Below are positions 51,786 to 63,970 of a stretch of DNA of 64,000 nt, piece after piece. The DNA comes from Tubiluchus corallicola (lineage: Eukaryota > Animalia > Priapulida). The DNA lies in contig JAQGDQ010000873.1 in NCBI GenBank assembly GCA_030141605.1, positions 1-64,000 on the forward strand, read 5' to 3'. The stretch's first letter is position 1. Each line of letters begins with the position of its first letter. The notes beneath the pieces were generated by a model. That model was given only the letters and a program-made list of their open reading frames with translations, did not search any database and was not told the DNA's origin. The translations under genes and the position numbers were made by a program.

Positions 51786-53735
51786 ATCGCAGAGATTTCC
51801 TCACTGCTTCTCAAACATTTTTGTCCTTTTTCGCCCTTTTGAAGGTAGACTATTTTCCAAATAGATTATTGTGTGTAAACAAGAACAGGTTTTGTAAATT
51901 ATGCTCAATCTTAGACGTTCACTAAGGAAAAGTGGTGCTGAAGGAGTTGATTGGGATGCTGGGCTGAGCTAAACTAATGCAGTCTTGGGTTGGTAACAAA
52001 CTGAATACTTGTAATTCCTGTTCTTTTACTTTCTAAAACACTTTTGAAGACAAAAACTCTTGGGTGTTTGCATATACACTATATTTTTATGCATGTATTT
52101 GATACTTGCACAGTGCAGTATTTTTGCCGCTGTTCGCCTCATACAAGCCAACAAGCATCATTTGCGTACGCCCGTCTTTGGTGCGCAATTAGGCAAATTT
52201 GGTTCCCTCCGGATGTTTTTTAACTTTGTGTGTTATACACTTACACAATACACGTCATGCTGCGCCATCTCTTGGCAACCTTTTTATTAGCGCTTTCGTT
52301 GTCAAACATTTTCTAAATTTATCCTACCTAAACGTAAAATAAACGTTGCTTGACAAATATTTTATACAGTTCGCTTTAGTATTCGGCTGCCATTATTGTT
52401 CAAACTTACTGCTAAGATACAGGACTTTGTTAGTTTTTTATGTAGTTTCCGAAAGCATTGAAAAAGAATATGGTTTTACAAAGTCAACGTTGTTTGAGAA
52501 ATATTTTGTGCGGTTTACTTTGAGATTCAGCTGCTGTTAGTCTTCAAACTGTGTTCTTCTACTAGGTGTAATAGCTTTTATGTAGCTTCAAAAGCGTTGA
52601 AAAACAATATAGTAAACAGACTTAGCTCGTATATACACAATATTATGCATATTTCTAATGCATACAGGTTGAAGTGTTTTTTCTCACATTACTACACTAT
52701 TTGGTCAACTAGATAAAAAAAGACAGTAACAACGTTCTTCAAGTTTTTTCATTAAATAACACATTTTACATTTATAATAATTGTTTTGCTAGCTTTAAAG
52801 CTATAACCAGGGCACATAAATACTAACAATTTAGTATACATAAATCATGAAGATATCAAACAAATTATATGATTTTAAGAATGCACAAGTTGGTACATTT
52901 AGGTTACAACAACAATTAGAATCACTAAACGGTTTACAAATTAGTCAGACATCAAATGAATTATGTCATATTATGCGTTAGTGCTCAAGCTGAGTGTTAA
53001 ACGTATTTTCTGCAATATAATCCGTATCTTGCTTAGCTTTTTATGCCCCTAATACTGTTATATATAAATGTGTTTTAAAAGTTCTGTAGCAACTATAAAA
53101 AAACTGGTATTCAGCAATCAACAGCCTCCTTATAATTGTTGTAATATTGTGTGCAATATTAATCAAATAATACAAATTATGGAGATAGGACATCATTTGA
53201 TACTTATACTATCAAACTTTCTTTTTAGGCCGCGTAGTTAGTAAACCTCCAAGAGGCTGTAGTCTACATTGACATGCATTTCATTTAGCAAAGATAACAC
53301 TTAAGGTACTTGCATACTGAAACAGCTGAAGTACATTGTGTCCCTAAACAACGTTAAAATTTTGCTCTTCCCTCTCCCGATTTTTGTTTTACCTCCGTGC
53401 TTTAATCCCTGATGTAGGTTTTCTGACAAATATCTTACAAAAAGCCCTCGCTGCAACATGAAAAGTATTACCTAAATTCTGCGACAGAGGAACTATTTTT
53501 CAGTTGTTTTTGCATAAGATCAAAAACTCTTAATGATGTGTAACTAATGGATCACCAGTAATGGAATGATTGTGGAATGAATGAAAAGAACAATTATGGC
53601 TGCCTGTGGACAGCGACGTATCTGACGGAGTTTCTTAGTTATTGTAGCGTTTCTACTGAATGGGATCGTAAATTATTCATTTTCTGTCTTAATGTGTGAA
53701 CTACGTGATGGAAAGGAATGGGCACCAATTGAGAT

Positions 53736-54119
53736 TTATTCATCCCCGGCACCTGCCCGCTGTCGTCGTCGTCGACCTCCTCGCCCTCGTCCTCTTCTGC
53801 CACGGCCGAGTGTTCCATCCTGCGCTTCGGCTTCTTCTTCGAGCCTACGAAGCTTTCGTCTTATGTTGCCACGTCTCCTCCTGGCCCGACTCTTTCTTCT
53901 CTTATTTCTGCGTCTGGAGCGCCTCTTGCCCTTGTTTCTGGCCCGTCTGATTTTGGCTCTGGTCCTCGCGCTGATATCCAAAGCGAGGTTGCCTGCTTCC
54001 ACCGCGGTGTCCTTGTCGTAGACAGCCAAATCACTGCCTGCTTCTTCGTCATATTCCAGTGATGCTATGCGATTGTCGGATTCAGCTTCTGATATGGTTC
54101 CTTGTACTGCCAGACCAAG
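53736..54119 (-). CDS. Terminal coding exon (127 aa) of a secreted protein with an acidic segment and a protamine-like Arg-rich/RG domain (cluster gene S4); first exon not located
   Basis: Acceptor aaatttccag| in phase 0 gives LGLAVQG (signal-peptide-end-like), TISEAESD...YDEEAGSD..., TRAKIRRARNKGKRRSRRR..., GRGRRGRGRGGRRRRQRAGAGDE*. Confidence 0.75.
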   Translation of the reverse strand, partial: LGLAVQGTISEAESDNRIASLEYDEEAGSDLAVYDKDTAVEAGNLALDISARTRAKIRRARNKGKRRSRRRNKRRKSRARRRRGNIRRKLRRLEEEAEAQDGTLGRGRRGRGRGGRRRRQRAGAGDE

Positions 54120-54465
54120 CTGGAAATTTGATACAAAATGTCATCAGTTTTATATTTTTATTCCTGGAATTTCTTTAGCTCATCTGGAAGCTACATAGTC
54201 AACACAGTAAATTTGCTGTAGTGTTGTCCCTTTGTCACCACAGGGAATTCCCCACAAGAGCATTTAAGTTTTCCTATGTGCAACTAAGGTTATTATATTA
54301 TATAAGGTCCTAGTATATATAATCCTATATAAATCCCGTACTGGTTAAATAGAGTCAGTACTTTTGAAAAAGGAATTATTATTCGTGTAAGTTAATACGG
54401 GTCAGTCAGAAGAGAAGTGAATTAGGAAATTTAAGTTACACATTAAATCAATTTAAAAGCTTTTT

Positions 54466-55154
54466 CAGGGGTGTTCGGGATAGGGGTCGTCATGACCCCG
54501 ACCCCCGTAACCTGACCCCATAGTTTTCCCAAATCCCCGACCCCATTCATTCCCGCCTCTAACCATCACGGTGATGACGTATTTTACGTTTTACATCATT
54601 GACGATCAGTTTTTCTAAACGTCTTATGATCTTATAAGAAGTTTAAAATAAACGTCTAATTATCTTTTCGTGGCGCACAACAAGCAGAGTGCATACAGCC
54701 TTCTGTTTGTGTAACCAATTTATAGATCAGACAAAGAGAATTAACATATCTTCAGATGAAATGTAAACAAAGAATTTTGATATAATTTCATATCTTCAGG
54801 GATCATAATATATATATGATCGAAAAAATTAATCATTTATAAAGTTTCTACCAATACACGATTACAGATTATTCGCAGACTTGTTACCTATAGTATTGTA
54901 TTTTTATGACAGTAATACATGGGCATAGATATAGAATTGCAGTGCTTAACTATATATCACATTGCATTTATGTTATCTTTGTTGTTCTCGATGTTTGGTA
55001 ACGTCTCTCTGAACTATAATTTTTTTCTGGTTACCCACTATTATAGTGTATTTGTCTCGAATTAAGTTGAATTATAGTCAGTAAACTAATTAACTAACTA
55101 ACTATGGTTCAAGGTCGGATACCCCGATCCTGACTTGTACCTCGACCAGCCCTA
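54466..55154. mobile_element. Degenerate MITE-like element
   Basis: Imperfect inverted ends CAGGGGTGTTCGGG / CTCGACCAGCCCTA, with repeated gacccc/ggggtc subterminal motifs. No TSD seen. Confidence 0.3.
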
Positions 55155-56915
55155 CCTGTAACTGCTGAAAGGAGCGCTAGAAGCCGAGGAATAGAAAAAA
55201 GAAATATTGAAATCGCCAAGGACTTGAAATGTTTTGTTACGAATGTTACGAATACAAAGAACGAAATGTAAAACGTGGGACGTACCAGAACAATTTGAAC
55301 AAATGCTGTCCATATTAATCTGTGGAGCTGCATCCTGGCAGAGCAACCTGTTGAGTAAAGCAAAACGTTAACCGCGCATTGATACGTTAGGGTTTCATGT
55401 AGTGCATCGTCTCGTGGTATAATCGGTCCGGCAAAATTTCAAGTAGTAGAATCTATCTTTCATGAATATATTACTTGTCTTTAACACATCAATCAAAAAT
55501 GTGGTAAAGGTTTTAAGTAACTAGTCGTTGGGTTACTCGCTTAATCAGTTTTTTCTACTCATCTGTCTGGATATGTCACTTAGAACGCCATTTACCGTTG
55601 CCATGAATCTGATTTTTCGTAAAAATTAACAAACGGAAACGTCACTGTATTAAAAATTGAAAAAACGTTACTTGAGCAACGAGAACAGAATAGCATTTCG
55701 GCAAAACAAACCTCTTTATAGGGTTATTACACAAGCAAGTAACCCAGTGATTTAGAGTGTCTGAAAATATGGACTAGTAAGGCAAACATCCTAATAATTT
55801 GGTAAAGCAAGCACAATGCATGCATCTAATAAATCCACATCTTTAGTTTTTTTATTCAAGATGAATTTCAACAATCTTGAATTCAGAATTTTTTTAAAAC
55901 TTTACACGTAAACACAATCACTATACTTACCAGGTGTAGTACTCTATTTGATAACACTTATAAAAACCCCTAGCAGCATGAAACATTCACTATAATATGA
56001 GGCCCTTCTTGTCCCCTTTGTCTTTTAAGTGAGGGCAAAACTGGACTGAAACCTGGCTTAAACCAGACCTAGTTTATTAACACACTTATTACGTGTTAAT
56101 TAATAACGGTTCACAGTGCCGCATCATACCAGCCTTGTGAAACTGGTTTCACACTGACCTTTGACTTAACATCTATCTATCTACTTTTCACAGACCACTT
56201 AATCTGAGAGCAAAATACAGTTAAATACTGAAACGTTTCACGATGGGATATTTGTTTCAAGTTTGTTACCATGACAACGCAGAATCCTCATCGTGCGAAC
56301 GAGAGTGATGATGCTTACAGCTGAAAACAAACCTTTGCTTGCATTTTAATGTTCGGAGGCAATTTTACTAATTGTTTGTGGAATATTATGAATAATTGAC
56401 GTGTAGCAGTCGAAGGCCCAGTTCCTATTACACGACCTTCTTAAGATTTCTGGGTTGAACATAAACGGGTGGTATAAAGCATTGTTTGTTTGTAATGTTT
56501 TTAGTAAATGGCTGCCTGTAATCTTAGTCCTAGCTTTTTGGTGATCTTTTCTAAGCTAATGTATTTATGCGCCCGCGGCAAATCATGTGGTTTATGTCCT
56601 AGCAAAACTGGGATATGCGTTTTTTGTCGTCCTGGCTGCCGTGATGATGATGTAATCGTGAATAGTGAGGGGGTGGGAGGGATGGTGGCAAACTAGTGAA
56701 TTCGTTTCGTCGACTGAGTTGAGTTTTAGATGATAAGAAGAGCATTAGATGTTGTTTCTGGACTTTGTAATTTATAGTACTGAGTACTGAATTGAATTGA
56801 GTATAGGCGATGAAATAGTTGTTCACATTTCTACTTTTAAATTAATTCCGTTGAGCTGAGTATAGGTGATGAGTGTCTTTCACACTTTTGCCTTGCTGTT
56901 TGACAGCGACAATAA

Positions 56916-57338
56916 CAGATTGAAAGTGTTAAACTTATCTTACCGTTATAAATATATATCAGATTGAAAGTCTTAAACTTATCTTATAAATACGTATCAA
57001 AACTTATAAAAATCTTATAAAAACTTATCTTATAAACTTATCTTATAAATACGTTATAAATACATATCAGATTGAAAGTCTTAAACTTATCTTACCATTA
57101 GAAATATATATCAGATTGAAAGTGTTAAACTTAATTTACCGTTATAAATATATATTAGATTGAAAGTCTTAAACTTATCTTACCGTTATAAATATGTATC
57201 AGATTGAAAGTCTTAAACTTATCTTATAAATACGTATCAAAACTTATAAAAATCTTATAAAAACGTATCTTATAAACTTATCTTATAAATACGTTATAAA
57301 TACATATCAGATTGAAAGTGTTAAACTTATCTTACCAT

Positions 57339-57380
<42 letters not shown>
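56916..57380. repeat. ~44-bp minisatellite organised in a 240-bp higher-order repeat, ending in (TA)n
   Basis: cagattgaaagt(g/c)ttaaacttatctta is repeated. Lines 56941 and 57181, 57001 and 57241, and 57061 and 57301 are near-identical. Confidence 0.9.
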
Positions 57381-57383
<3 letters not shown>

Positions 57384-58404
57384 TGTATCTAATGATAATC
57401 AGGTGACTTTTGTTTGAAATACAAGGCATTACGCGCCGTTTAATCACCTGATTTGCCCACAATTAGGTTACCAAATAATGGATTCCTGTTCTGCCGGAAT
57501 TTAATGCGAGCTTAATTTCTTTGACCTGATCAAACAACAATCACTAGTCATTGACTTTTGCTTATGTGTGGAGTTATGAAAAACGCGTGATTATTGTTTT
57601 TCTAGTGTGCAATAACGGATCGATAATTATCGGTGCACTGGGTTGTAAGAGTGAGCTCGTTTGGAAGGAGTTTTGTTTGGGGCCTCTGTTGACGGAATCA
57701 CTATATATAGCTGTAAAACGGTGTAAGAATTTCTTTAAAAAGGTTTAAAAATGCAAAACACAATCGAAGTGACTACAATTATAATATTGTCGTCATGTTT
57801 CAACACTTTTACATTATGTATTTATGTATGATCACAAGTTATAATACGATTATCGTCACTATTCTTATTATTGCGACCATTTTACAATAGAATGCCAGTC
57901 CAGCGCAATGTCCACTACAGTACTGAGCCCGAATCATTAATTTCTTATAGCCTAACAGTCAACTCCGTATTACCAATGGTTTATATACTCAATACTGTAG
58001 TAATTTCTAACTGTGGTGGGTGTAACGTTGCGTTTGCGGAAAATCATTGGTTCAAATCGCGGTTGAGTCCGACTTTTTCTCATTTACTTCTCTCGTACAT
58101 GTTTGGTTGAAAGTTCACTACATGTGACTAGTAATTTTCGCAGCCAGTACCACGGGGAAAACATGGTCTTCGTAAGATCTCACTGTTAAACATTCAATTT
58201 TGTTTTGTTCTAAGTGACCGGGATTTTTTTAGCCTAAGTTACTACAAGTATTCATATTAGTTAGTTATTTGTTGATTAAATTACCCTTTTTTTATTATCA
58301 ATGTACTTATGATTGTAGTGCTTCTTATCAAATAAAAATATTGTTTAAACTAAGTGTTCGTATTTAGTATAGCATTTTAGCATGGATTTCGTTTGTTCTT
58401 TCAG

Positions 58405-58482
58405 TTATATGATCGTATCAACACAAAGCAGCCTTCTTCCGTGAAAACTCCCACCTCGGATGCTTTAACTAGAGCTAAGGAG
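58405..58482 (+). CDS. Candidate internal 78-nt exon of a plus-strand gene
   Basis: A strong acceptor (tttgttctttcag|) and consensus donor (GAG|gtaagt) enclose an open phase 0-0 frame: LYDRINTKQPSSVKTPTSDALTRAKE. Confidence 0.5.
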
Positions 58483-59533
58483 GTAAGTTTTTCCTTTGTT
58501 TGCTTGCTTGTTTGTATGTCTGCTTGCTTTTTGCTAATTTTGCTGTTTTCTTAATCAAATTTTAGTCTTCATATTTAAGTCGTTTAGTTTATTTTCGTGT
58601 GAACAATGAATGTATAGTTGAGGTGTATAGAGAGTCGGTGTTCGTGGTATTGAGAAAGTGAAACAGACAATTGTGGTGTCATCGACACAATTATTAAAAG
58701 TTTTTTTTTTATAAACTGATAAAATGTGTGGAAAGTTTTTATTTTGCAAGCTGTTTAGGAGCCACAAGAAGAAGTTCAATTTATTATATTGATTGTCATT
58801 TGTAACAATTAAATCTTTATTATCAGCAGTACTAACACTAATACACTGTGGCATAGCGCTTATAAAAATGTTCATCACTAACCTGACTAGATGACCAATT
58901 GGGCTTTCGCTGCCTTTTCTTCACATTTTTTTCCAAATTAGTTGTATTATAACTGTGCGTGTGTTGCAAGATAAATAAAAAAGATTATTATTACTTTTTA
59001 AGTCAGACATTTTTCATCCTCACATTTTGAAGTACCATTTAGCACACCTCTACTAGTGAAATTCTCGTACTTTTCGTGTGCTCATAAAAGCGTGATCCAG
59101 TTTTGCTGCTATTTGAAAATATGATTTTCACGCAGTTTAATAAAATTTACCACCATTTGATGAAAAACTTGATAACTTCACTGCTGAATGTTGTCTTTCT
59201 GTCCACATCTAAATAAATGATGTTCAAAGGTACAATTAGAAAATAAAAAGTAACTGAAATGAACTAATAGATAAATCATTGAATAAGTGATTAAAAAACA
59301 GCTAATCACTTATCCATCGAGTATTTGAATATTGTGAGTAAATAAATAATTGATTGAATAAACAAATAGATGAACGAGCGAACGATTTATAATGAATGTA
59401 CTGCAATGAGTGAATGAATAAACGAACTGATGAATGTATAAATGATGCGTTTACTTATACAGTACCAACATATACTGTTACTGAAACTGACACTTGCAAA
59501 GGAACAGCGCTGCTGCTTCTAGAAAGAGCGTTA

Positions 59534-59837
59534 TCTCTTATATTAATATTCTTGGTATGGGCTTTTTATATTTAAGATTCGAGGCTACAGCCCGGACGAG
59601 GGCACTATTTGCGGCGATCTATATATCAAACGAAAGGTCTCGATCTAGTGTCGTGCCATTGATGGTTTATTTTTCGAATCGGGCCCACCGAGAGGAACGG
59701 GGGGCGAAAAACCTCCAAAAATGGCCATTTTTCGGCCGTTTTTTGCAAAAGTTATACGGCTGAGATGTAGAGAATGGGAACGGGCCGAGGGGGGTACTGG
59801 GTATGGATAGATAGCCCGTTCAGCGGTGGGTGTAGTA
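59534..59837 (+). mobile_element. Repeat family X, copy 3
   Basis: Starts A|TCTCTTATATTAATATTCTTGG. The inverted repeat GAACGGGC/GCCCGTTC (59778-85, 59814-21) lies just before the GTAGT end. Confidence 0.8.
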
Positions 59838-61909
59838 TTAAAAATTAATGGCATAGTTTGTACAATCAAGCCCTTTTGTCATATATTTACCAGCGCTACA
59901 TATACGAATGAATAAGTAATAGTACAATTTCATAGGATGGAATAAACTATAAACCAGCATGTTTGATTGCTTATTATTGCATTTAATGCCGCTAGCGAAT
60001 TTAGAGGTCATGAAAATTGAATAATAACTTCTGAAAGCTATGTAGACTAGGTTGGTTGTGCAGCTGTCAAGTGGTGCCATCTTTGTTGTGAAAAAGAAAC
60101 CACTAAAAAAGCTGACATCGCTATATCATTTACTCTTCAGAATTAATTGTCATTGGTAACAACAGTCATTTTATTTATTTATCAATATATCGGTTTATTT
60201 GTTTGTTTGTTTATTTATATGTAGAAAATTTATTTACTAAAAACAGCTTTCATAAAAAATACGAAAATTGCTTTTATTCAACAACTTCTGTACATGTATT
60301 CTTTTATGATAGAAAAATGGAATATTTTCAATGAAAAATAAAATTGGTCATGACGCAATTGAGTTACCCCCATTACATCTTGTATAGCTGGGTTCATGCT
60401 TAAGCTGTGTTCACATGTATTAATAAATTGGAAAGATAAGTCAAAAGTTTTAAAAGAACGACGTCTATTCGTATTATATTATTCTCTTACATTATCATTT
60501 CCGCGTATCTTTGTACCAGTAAGAATGTCTTCTTCTTTTGCCAATTTACCAGCTGCTGCTGTTTTCAGTTCCGGACAGTTGAATTGTTGTTTTGAATGAT
60601 TAATTTACTGGGCACATGACTTGGCCAATTGCTGTACGCTCAATGGTTGTTTGTTGATATGCTTATATTTGCTGCAGTGCTAAAGTGGATGCAAAACACA
60701 TAGAAAGAGGGGCAGAACTTAATGATAACCTCGTCAAAAGAGTAAATCACTGCTGTTATTTGAAGCCACAGTTGTTTTGTCATATGAATGGAAAGGTCAA
60801 AGGTCGTAATCTCTTTTGTGGAATAAGTAGTTCATACTGTTAAGTGCTTTCTAAGTTATATTCGTGACGACTGCAAATAAGCGTGAAAGACCCCCCCCCC
60901 CCCATTAAATTCCCCCTCTCGAAATTCACTTGTTTCCCCCTCCCCCGCGCACAGTTTCACCCATTATATAGACAGCATCGTTGTGATACGTGCAACATTT
61001 TTCTGCTAGGGACCTGTCTGACTGAATAATTGTATGCACTCTGTGTTGCAGATCCCTCGGGGATGTACTCGTTTTGGAAAACCGTCTGAATCTTTCATCA
61101 TCTTTGCAGAGCTCTTTATAAGCTAGAAAAGCCGTGCAGTAATTGTTTTATGTACGGTTGACATTAACTTGGAAACAGCTCATTAACGCACGCCCGAGTT
61201 CAGACGTCATTTACAAGTGTGTTCACGTTTCCAAGACGCGGCGTCGCTAACAACGGGACGCGGAAAATATTCACGTGACCTTACGTCACGGATTGACGGT
61301 AAACGTGACGTCGTTCCTGGACTTATTTTAAAATTTTCCGAATGTTCTCTGACTTCGCGACACGCTTTTAACGACAGATCTTCCGGCATTTCCTGGACTC
61401 GTTTCCGGTAGGAATGGCGACGCATCAAGAGAATGTCGCGTTTCTTCCGGGCTGGATTTTCACTTTTTGCTTAGCTCGTTTTCCTGGCTAGTTTATTAGG
61501 TACGGTGACGTCATAGGCTCATAGCGCAGAATGTTCTATTTCTTGAATTTGTTCACATGGCTGTAGGGTTAAATCGTCATCGTGAAATGCCAGGCAAAAC
61601 CTTGCAAGCAATTTCTTTCAAAGAAGATGGCGCTATGTTACAAAAAAGAAAATAAAACGTCAGCGCCCTTCTAAGCGGTGACGTGGTTTTTTTCACAACT
61701 CTTACGTTTCAACATCAAGACAAGGTGTCATAATCAAAGTAATTAATGAATGTATCTGCAAGAATGAGAAATAATTTTGCAATGCAGAATCGGAATAATA
61801 AAATTGAAAATGGAGTAAATTTTACAATTTTCGGGAAATGTGTTGAAATAAATTAATGGTTATCATAATTACATAGAGTTGCAAAGAAACTGAGAAATGA
61901 GAAGAAATC

Positions 61910-61959
61910 ATTAACTAACTATCTAACTGACTAACTAACTGACTAACTAACTAACTAAC
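61910..61959. repeat. (CTAA)n tetranucleotide repeat
   Basis: Directly visible. Confidence 0.85.
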
Positions 61960-62554
61960 GTTTTCACTTTTGCTAGCCAAGAGATGGCGACCTTTCATGT
62001 ATTGACTGTATACACAATTTTGATAATTTGCTGGGACCAGTTTAGACACTCAAGAAAAAAACATAATTTTTTACCCATGTAGTTATGCACGTTTTATTTA
62101 TAATGCTAAAGTGTTAACAGTATTTTAGGATTTTTAATGACATTTTAGGGGTTATTTTGACATCAGTTATTCTGACATTTTAAAATGTGCATTACAAATG
62201 TGCGTGATGTCCTGCATCAACATTAGTGTGGCCTTTGTTATTGGCTAGTAAAAACAGTGCAGTATTCACACTGACCACAAAAAGCTAACGTGTTACTCTA
62301 TATAATTCCTAGCATAAGTAATCTTATCACCTTGAAGTAATGTTAAGTTTTATTGATGTGTTCTTTAGCACCTGCTGCAGTTAAGGATGCACTAGTACAC
62401 TGAGGTATTGGTTGATGTCATTAATCATTTAGTGGCTTTGTTCATTTTAGACCTTTACTTAGGACGTGATTTGTCGTTGCAACTGATATGTGACCATGTC
62501 CACGTGGATATCCTTAAAGCACAAGAAAACCCACAACTTACATAAGGCTTAAAA

Positions 62555-62794
62555 CAGTGGTTCCAAAACTTTCTCGGACCGTTACCCAATTCGGGAAACC
62601 CGGTCGTGTCCATTACCCCCCACCTAGTACTACTTCTCCAACTCAAATGACGAAAACTACGTAAAATGCATTCCGAGCGAAGTTTTAAAAATTTCCAGGA
62701 GTGCCCGTTACCCCCCCCCCCCCCCCAAAATCAAATTACCCCCCCCCTCCCCGGGGGGGGGGGGGGTAATTTACCCCTACTTTGGGAACCACTG
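62555..62794 (-). mobile_element. hAT (Charlie-like) MITE, family Y copy 2, internally deleted
   Basis: TIRs CAGTGGTTCCAAAA / TTTGGGAACCACTG. Perfect TSD GCTTAAAA (62547-54 and 62795-802). It is the reverse complement of 16166-16473 minus an internal segment. Confidence 0.93.
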
Positions 62795-63259
62795 GCTTAA
62801 AAACTTGTCTTGAAATTTTATACCACTTACGTACTGTCTTTTTGCATATTACACTTGCGTCGGCAATAACGCTGTATAAAATATGTAAATGTAAACTCCC
62901 GCGATGATCGCTAGACGCAGCTATTTTGAGGATAAGTCATTGGAAACAAGTTTAGATAACATTCAGTAAAATTTGAAAAATAATCAGAACATTCGTAGCG
63001 CACATGTCACAAAGTAAAATTTAAAATTACTGTATCTTCTCTATAAAATTAAAAATACGTTTTTGGTTAGTGAGTGGTGTACTTGGCGAGTGAGTCAGCG
63101 ACATTTTAGCAATTGGTGAAAGCATTTTAAATAATTAATTTTCTTTTATAGTTACATAAGTCTTTCAAGCAGATAAGCGAAGTGCTAAGTAATATAATTT
63201 TGCGTCGAATTCTTTTTTTGGTACATAGTTTAACATGGACTTTTCTTCCCCTGACTTAC

Positions 63260-63313
63260 CTTTGCGTAAGTGACGTCATGTAATGGCGCCATCAGAACAG
63301 TATTGCAGGAGAT
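63260..63313 (-). CDS. Candidate 54-nt internal exon of a minus-strand gene
   Basis: A long poly-T acceptor (ttttttag|) and donor (AAG|gtaagt) enclose an open phase 0-0 frame: ISCNTVLMAPLHDVTYAK. Confidence 0.4.
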
Positions 63314-63689
63314 CTAAAAAATAAAAACAAACAAAAAAATCCTTTTAACGCGAGAACGATATACGCATAAAATTGCTGTAAAGTAACGGTAATTTTTTAA
63401 GGCGATTTTTCTGAAACGTACTTCAGATACCCCTTTTCTTGTCCTTTAAGCGCGTTTCTACACTCAGCTTGCTTGTGCATGCTACGCATTTTCGGTACTT
63501 AATAAATCGATGCTGCCGTGTCATTATCATTAGGGATGGAGCAATTGATCTTCATACTGGGACGCCTTTAGCTGCAGAGGTTTGCGTTTTATTGGACTGA
63601 GTCGATTCTGGTTAGTTGATTTGTTTCACGCTCGCGGACGTAGTGTTTGCCGTGCCACACTCGTGACCCACTGAAAAGTGGGATTTCGT

Positions 63690-63970
63690 TTGGGTTGTGA
63701 AACTAAGCGTCACGGAGAATGTAGGTCAAGAGCACGTGGGTCTCTAAACGCGCAGTAGTGATCGTGGAAAAACAGCGATTTTACTCCTGTGAAGCTAGAC
63801 GTCGTAGAGAAAGTGGGTCAAAGGCACGTGGACTTTGCTAGACATAGTAGTGGTCGTGGAAAAACCGCGATTTTACTCCTGTGAAGCTAGACGTCGCAGT
63901 GAAAGTGGGTCAAAGGCACGTGGACTTTGCTAGACATAGTAGTGGACGTGAAAATACAGTGATTTTTCTC
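63690..63970. repeat. ~92-bp tandem repeat, about three copies
   Basis: gaaagtgggtcaaaggcacgtgg at 63809 and 63901, with a degenerate copy at ~63717. Confidence 0.85.

Noticed and set aside
55665-56345. Candidate first exons for S4 near 55670, 55930, 56270 and 56320
   Set aside because: Each has the wrong phase, an in-frame stop, or no hydrophobic ATG-initiated leader. None is convincing.
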